Shown here: piece by piece, positions 62,651 through 64,000 of the stretch
How positions within the stretch are numbered: the stretch's first letter is position 1
Layout: each line of letters starts with the position of its first letter
DNA from: Neodothiora populina
Taxonomy: Eukaryota
DNA length: 64,000 nucleotides
Assembly (NCBI RefSeq): GCF_041146345.1
Contig: NW_027191406.1
Location: 1,054,001-1,118,000, forward strand
Reading direction: 5' to 3'
Notes under the pieces: model-generated
The model's input: the letters and a program-made list of their open reading frames with translations, nothing else
What the model was told of the DNA's origin: nothing
Database searches by the model: none
Translations under genes and position numbers: made by a program

Positions 62651-63916
62651 CTAAGTCAAAGCCCTAGGACATCCCAAGTTATCCATCTGCGCGCCCAACT
62701 TATTCTCGACGAACGTCAGCGCCTCAACAGTAGGCGCGAGGATAGAGTTGAGATAGCTGGGGATACTCTGAGTGGTCAATTGATACAGCAAGCACTGGGT
62801 GTTATCCGCAGACAACAAACCATCAGAGGTAATAAAGTCGCTGCCCCAGACAGGAAGAGCATCAAATGCGCCATCACTGGTCTTGCCGCCGAACAGCACG
62901 GGCTTGATCAAGTACATGGCGAGGATCTCGCGCGTGACGTCGGTGTTGGTGTACGGCGCCACGCGGTTCGTCCAGTTATCGGGGATCTTCTCACCCGAGG
63001 TGGGCACCCAGTTCCCGTTGCTGTCCTGGGTTGTGCCGAAGAAGGACGAGATGGTCTCGACGTCGGGCGCGTAGTTGTGCGTGCCGGAGGGCATGAGCTC
63101 GTACAGGAAACTGGCGGCACCGAAGAGCAGAACCGACAAGGGCCCGAAGTAGAAGTTGGGGTTGTCGGACAGTGATTGCTGGTAGCGCTGGTAGCGGTAC
63201 TCGGCCAGGTTCTCGCGGTTGTACACGCCGCCGGTGGTGTCGGTCATCATGGTGAACAAGGTCTTATTGAAGGAGAAGTTGTCGCCGTTGGCGAGGAAGA
63301 AGTCGTTGCGGGTGAGCGAGGTGTCGGCTTCGAACTTGTTGTGGCCGTCGAGACCCGGTTCGCTGCCCGTGAGCACTGGGCTGTAGGATGTCCTGGTTGT
63401 GGCATCGCAACCGATGGACAGCTTCTCTGTAACGAGGTCACCGTCAGTGAGGGTGAGACCTAGCACAGCGAGCAAGTTTGCCAGGTCGTAGCCGACGTTG
63501 TAGACGTTCTGCTGCGCGTCTACAAGTTCGCTGTAGGTGACGATGCCGTCACGGGCGAGGAAGCCGTGGTTGGCTGCGGCGTTCAGACCCGGGCATGGGC
63601 CTCTGATGTCGTTGGGTCCAGGAGCGATGAACTTGTGTGCGTCGTCGCCGGGAGCTGGGACTTGGAAGCCACCGACTCCATTTCCTGCAGTGCCGTTGAA
63701 GGCGTGGTTGTAGGGGTAGTCGGGGCTGTATGGGGCTGCAGGCACATGGTTGGCATTGAAAGGGCAGGAGGCTGCACTGCCTGGTCCTGTGCCTGGTTGT
63801 TGACGCTTGGAGTGACGGGCCTTGAGGAGGGAAGAGTCGACTCCAGGCATTTTGGCCACGAAGGGGAAGGCCGAAGCCGTGGAGAGCAGACCCGTGAGAG
63901 CTATGATGAACTTCAT
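62651..63916 (-). CDS. Secreted heme-thiolate peroxidase (unspecific peroxygenase/chloroperoxidase family), intronless
   Basis: Signal peptide, KR cleavage site, heme-ligand motif 'RGPCPGLNAAANHGFL', 'HNKFEADTSLTRND'. Confidence 0.92.
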   Translation of the reverse strand: MKFIIALTGLLSTASAFPFVAKMPGVDSSLLKARHSKRQQPGTGPGSAASCPFNANHVPAAPYSPDYPYNHAFNGTAGNGVGGFQVPAPGDDAHKFIAPGPNDIRGPCPGLNAAANHGFLARDGIVTYSELVDAQQNVYNVGYDLANLLAVLGLTLTDGDLVTEKLSIGCDATTRTSYSPVLTGSEPGLDGHNKFEADTSLTRNDFFLANGDNFSFNKTLFTMMTDTTGGVYNRENLAEYRYQRYQQSLSDNPNFYFGPLSVLLFGAASFLYELMPSGTHNYAPDVETISSFFGTTQDSNGNWVPTSGEKIPDNWTNRVAPYTNTDVTREILAMYLIKPVLFGGKTSDGAFDALPVWGSDFITSDGLLSADNTQCLLYQLTTQSIPSYLNSILAPTVEALTFVENKLGAQMDNLGCPRALT

Positions 63917-64000
63917 GTTTGCTTCTACTTGATAGATGTCTTGATTGTGGAGGAGTTGTCTTGAATGATTCCTGATGATTAGGTAAAGTCACCTTGGCCT

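Overview
Eukaryotic DNA from a filamentous ascomycete (short GT-AG introns with CTRAC branch points; a Dothideomycete-like assignment is my inference). I reconstructed about 22 protein genes by reading exons and introns by hand. They are an OPT transporter (cut by the left edge), PRMT3/RmtB, a frameshifted SRPK-like kinase, an M20 ArgE/DapE-like hydrolase, CCDC130/Saf4, an acyl-CoA ligase, an FSH1 esterase, a GMC oxidoreductase, a small secreted Cys-rich protein, a GPI wall protein, a Tco89-like protein, Ind1, Pan2, Rpn4, Atg12, two histidine phosphatases, a class II aldolase, a PAH-like orphan, Spf30, Yap1 and a heme-thiolate peroxidase. There are also four tRNA genes (Phe-GAA, Ile-AAT, Gly-TCC, Gly-GCC) and several microsatellites. 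I recognised no intact transposon, CRISPR array or rRNA. Best leads: (1) a stand-alone Sin3-type PAH-domain protein inside a tRNA cluster; (2) a complex Rpn4 5' region with two ATGs, a uORF ending in a TGATG stop-start overlap, and a (CA)n tract; (3) reciprocal Rpn4/Yap1 cis-elements plus stop-free 3n introns in both genes; (4) a secreted Apple/PAN-phosphatase fusion. All family calls come from recognising motifs, not from database searches.
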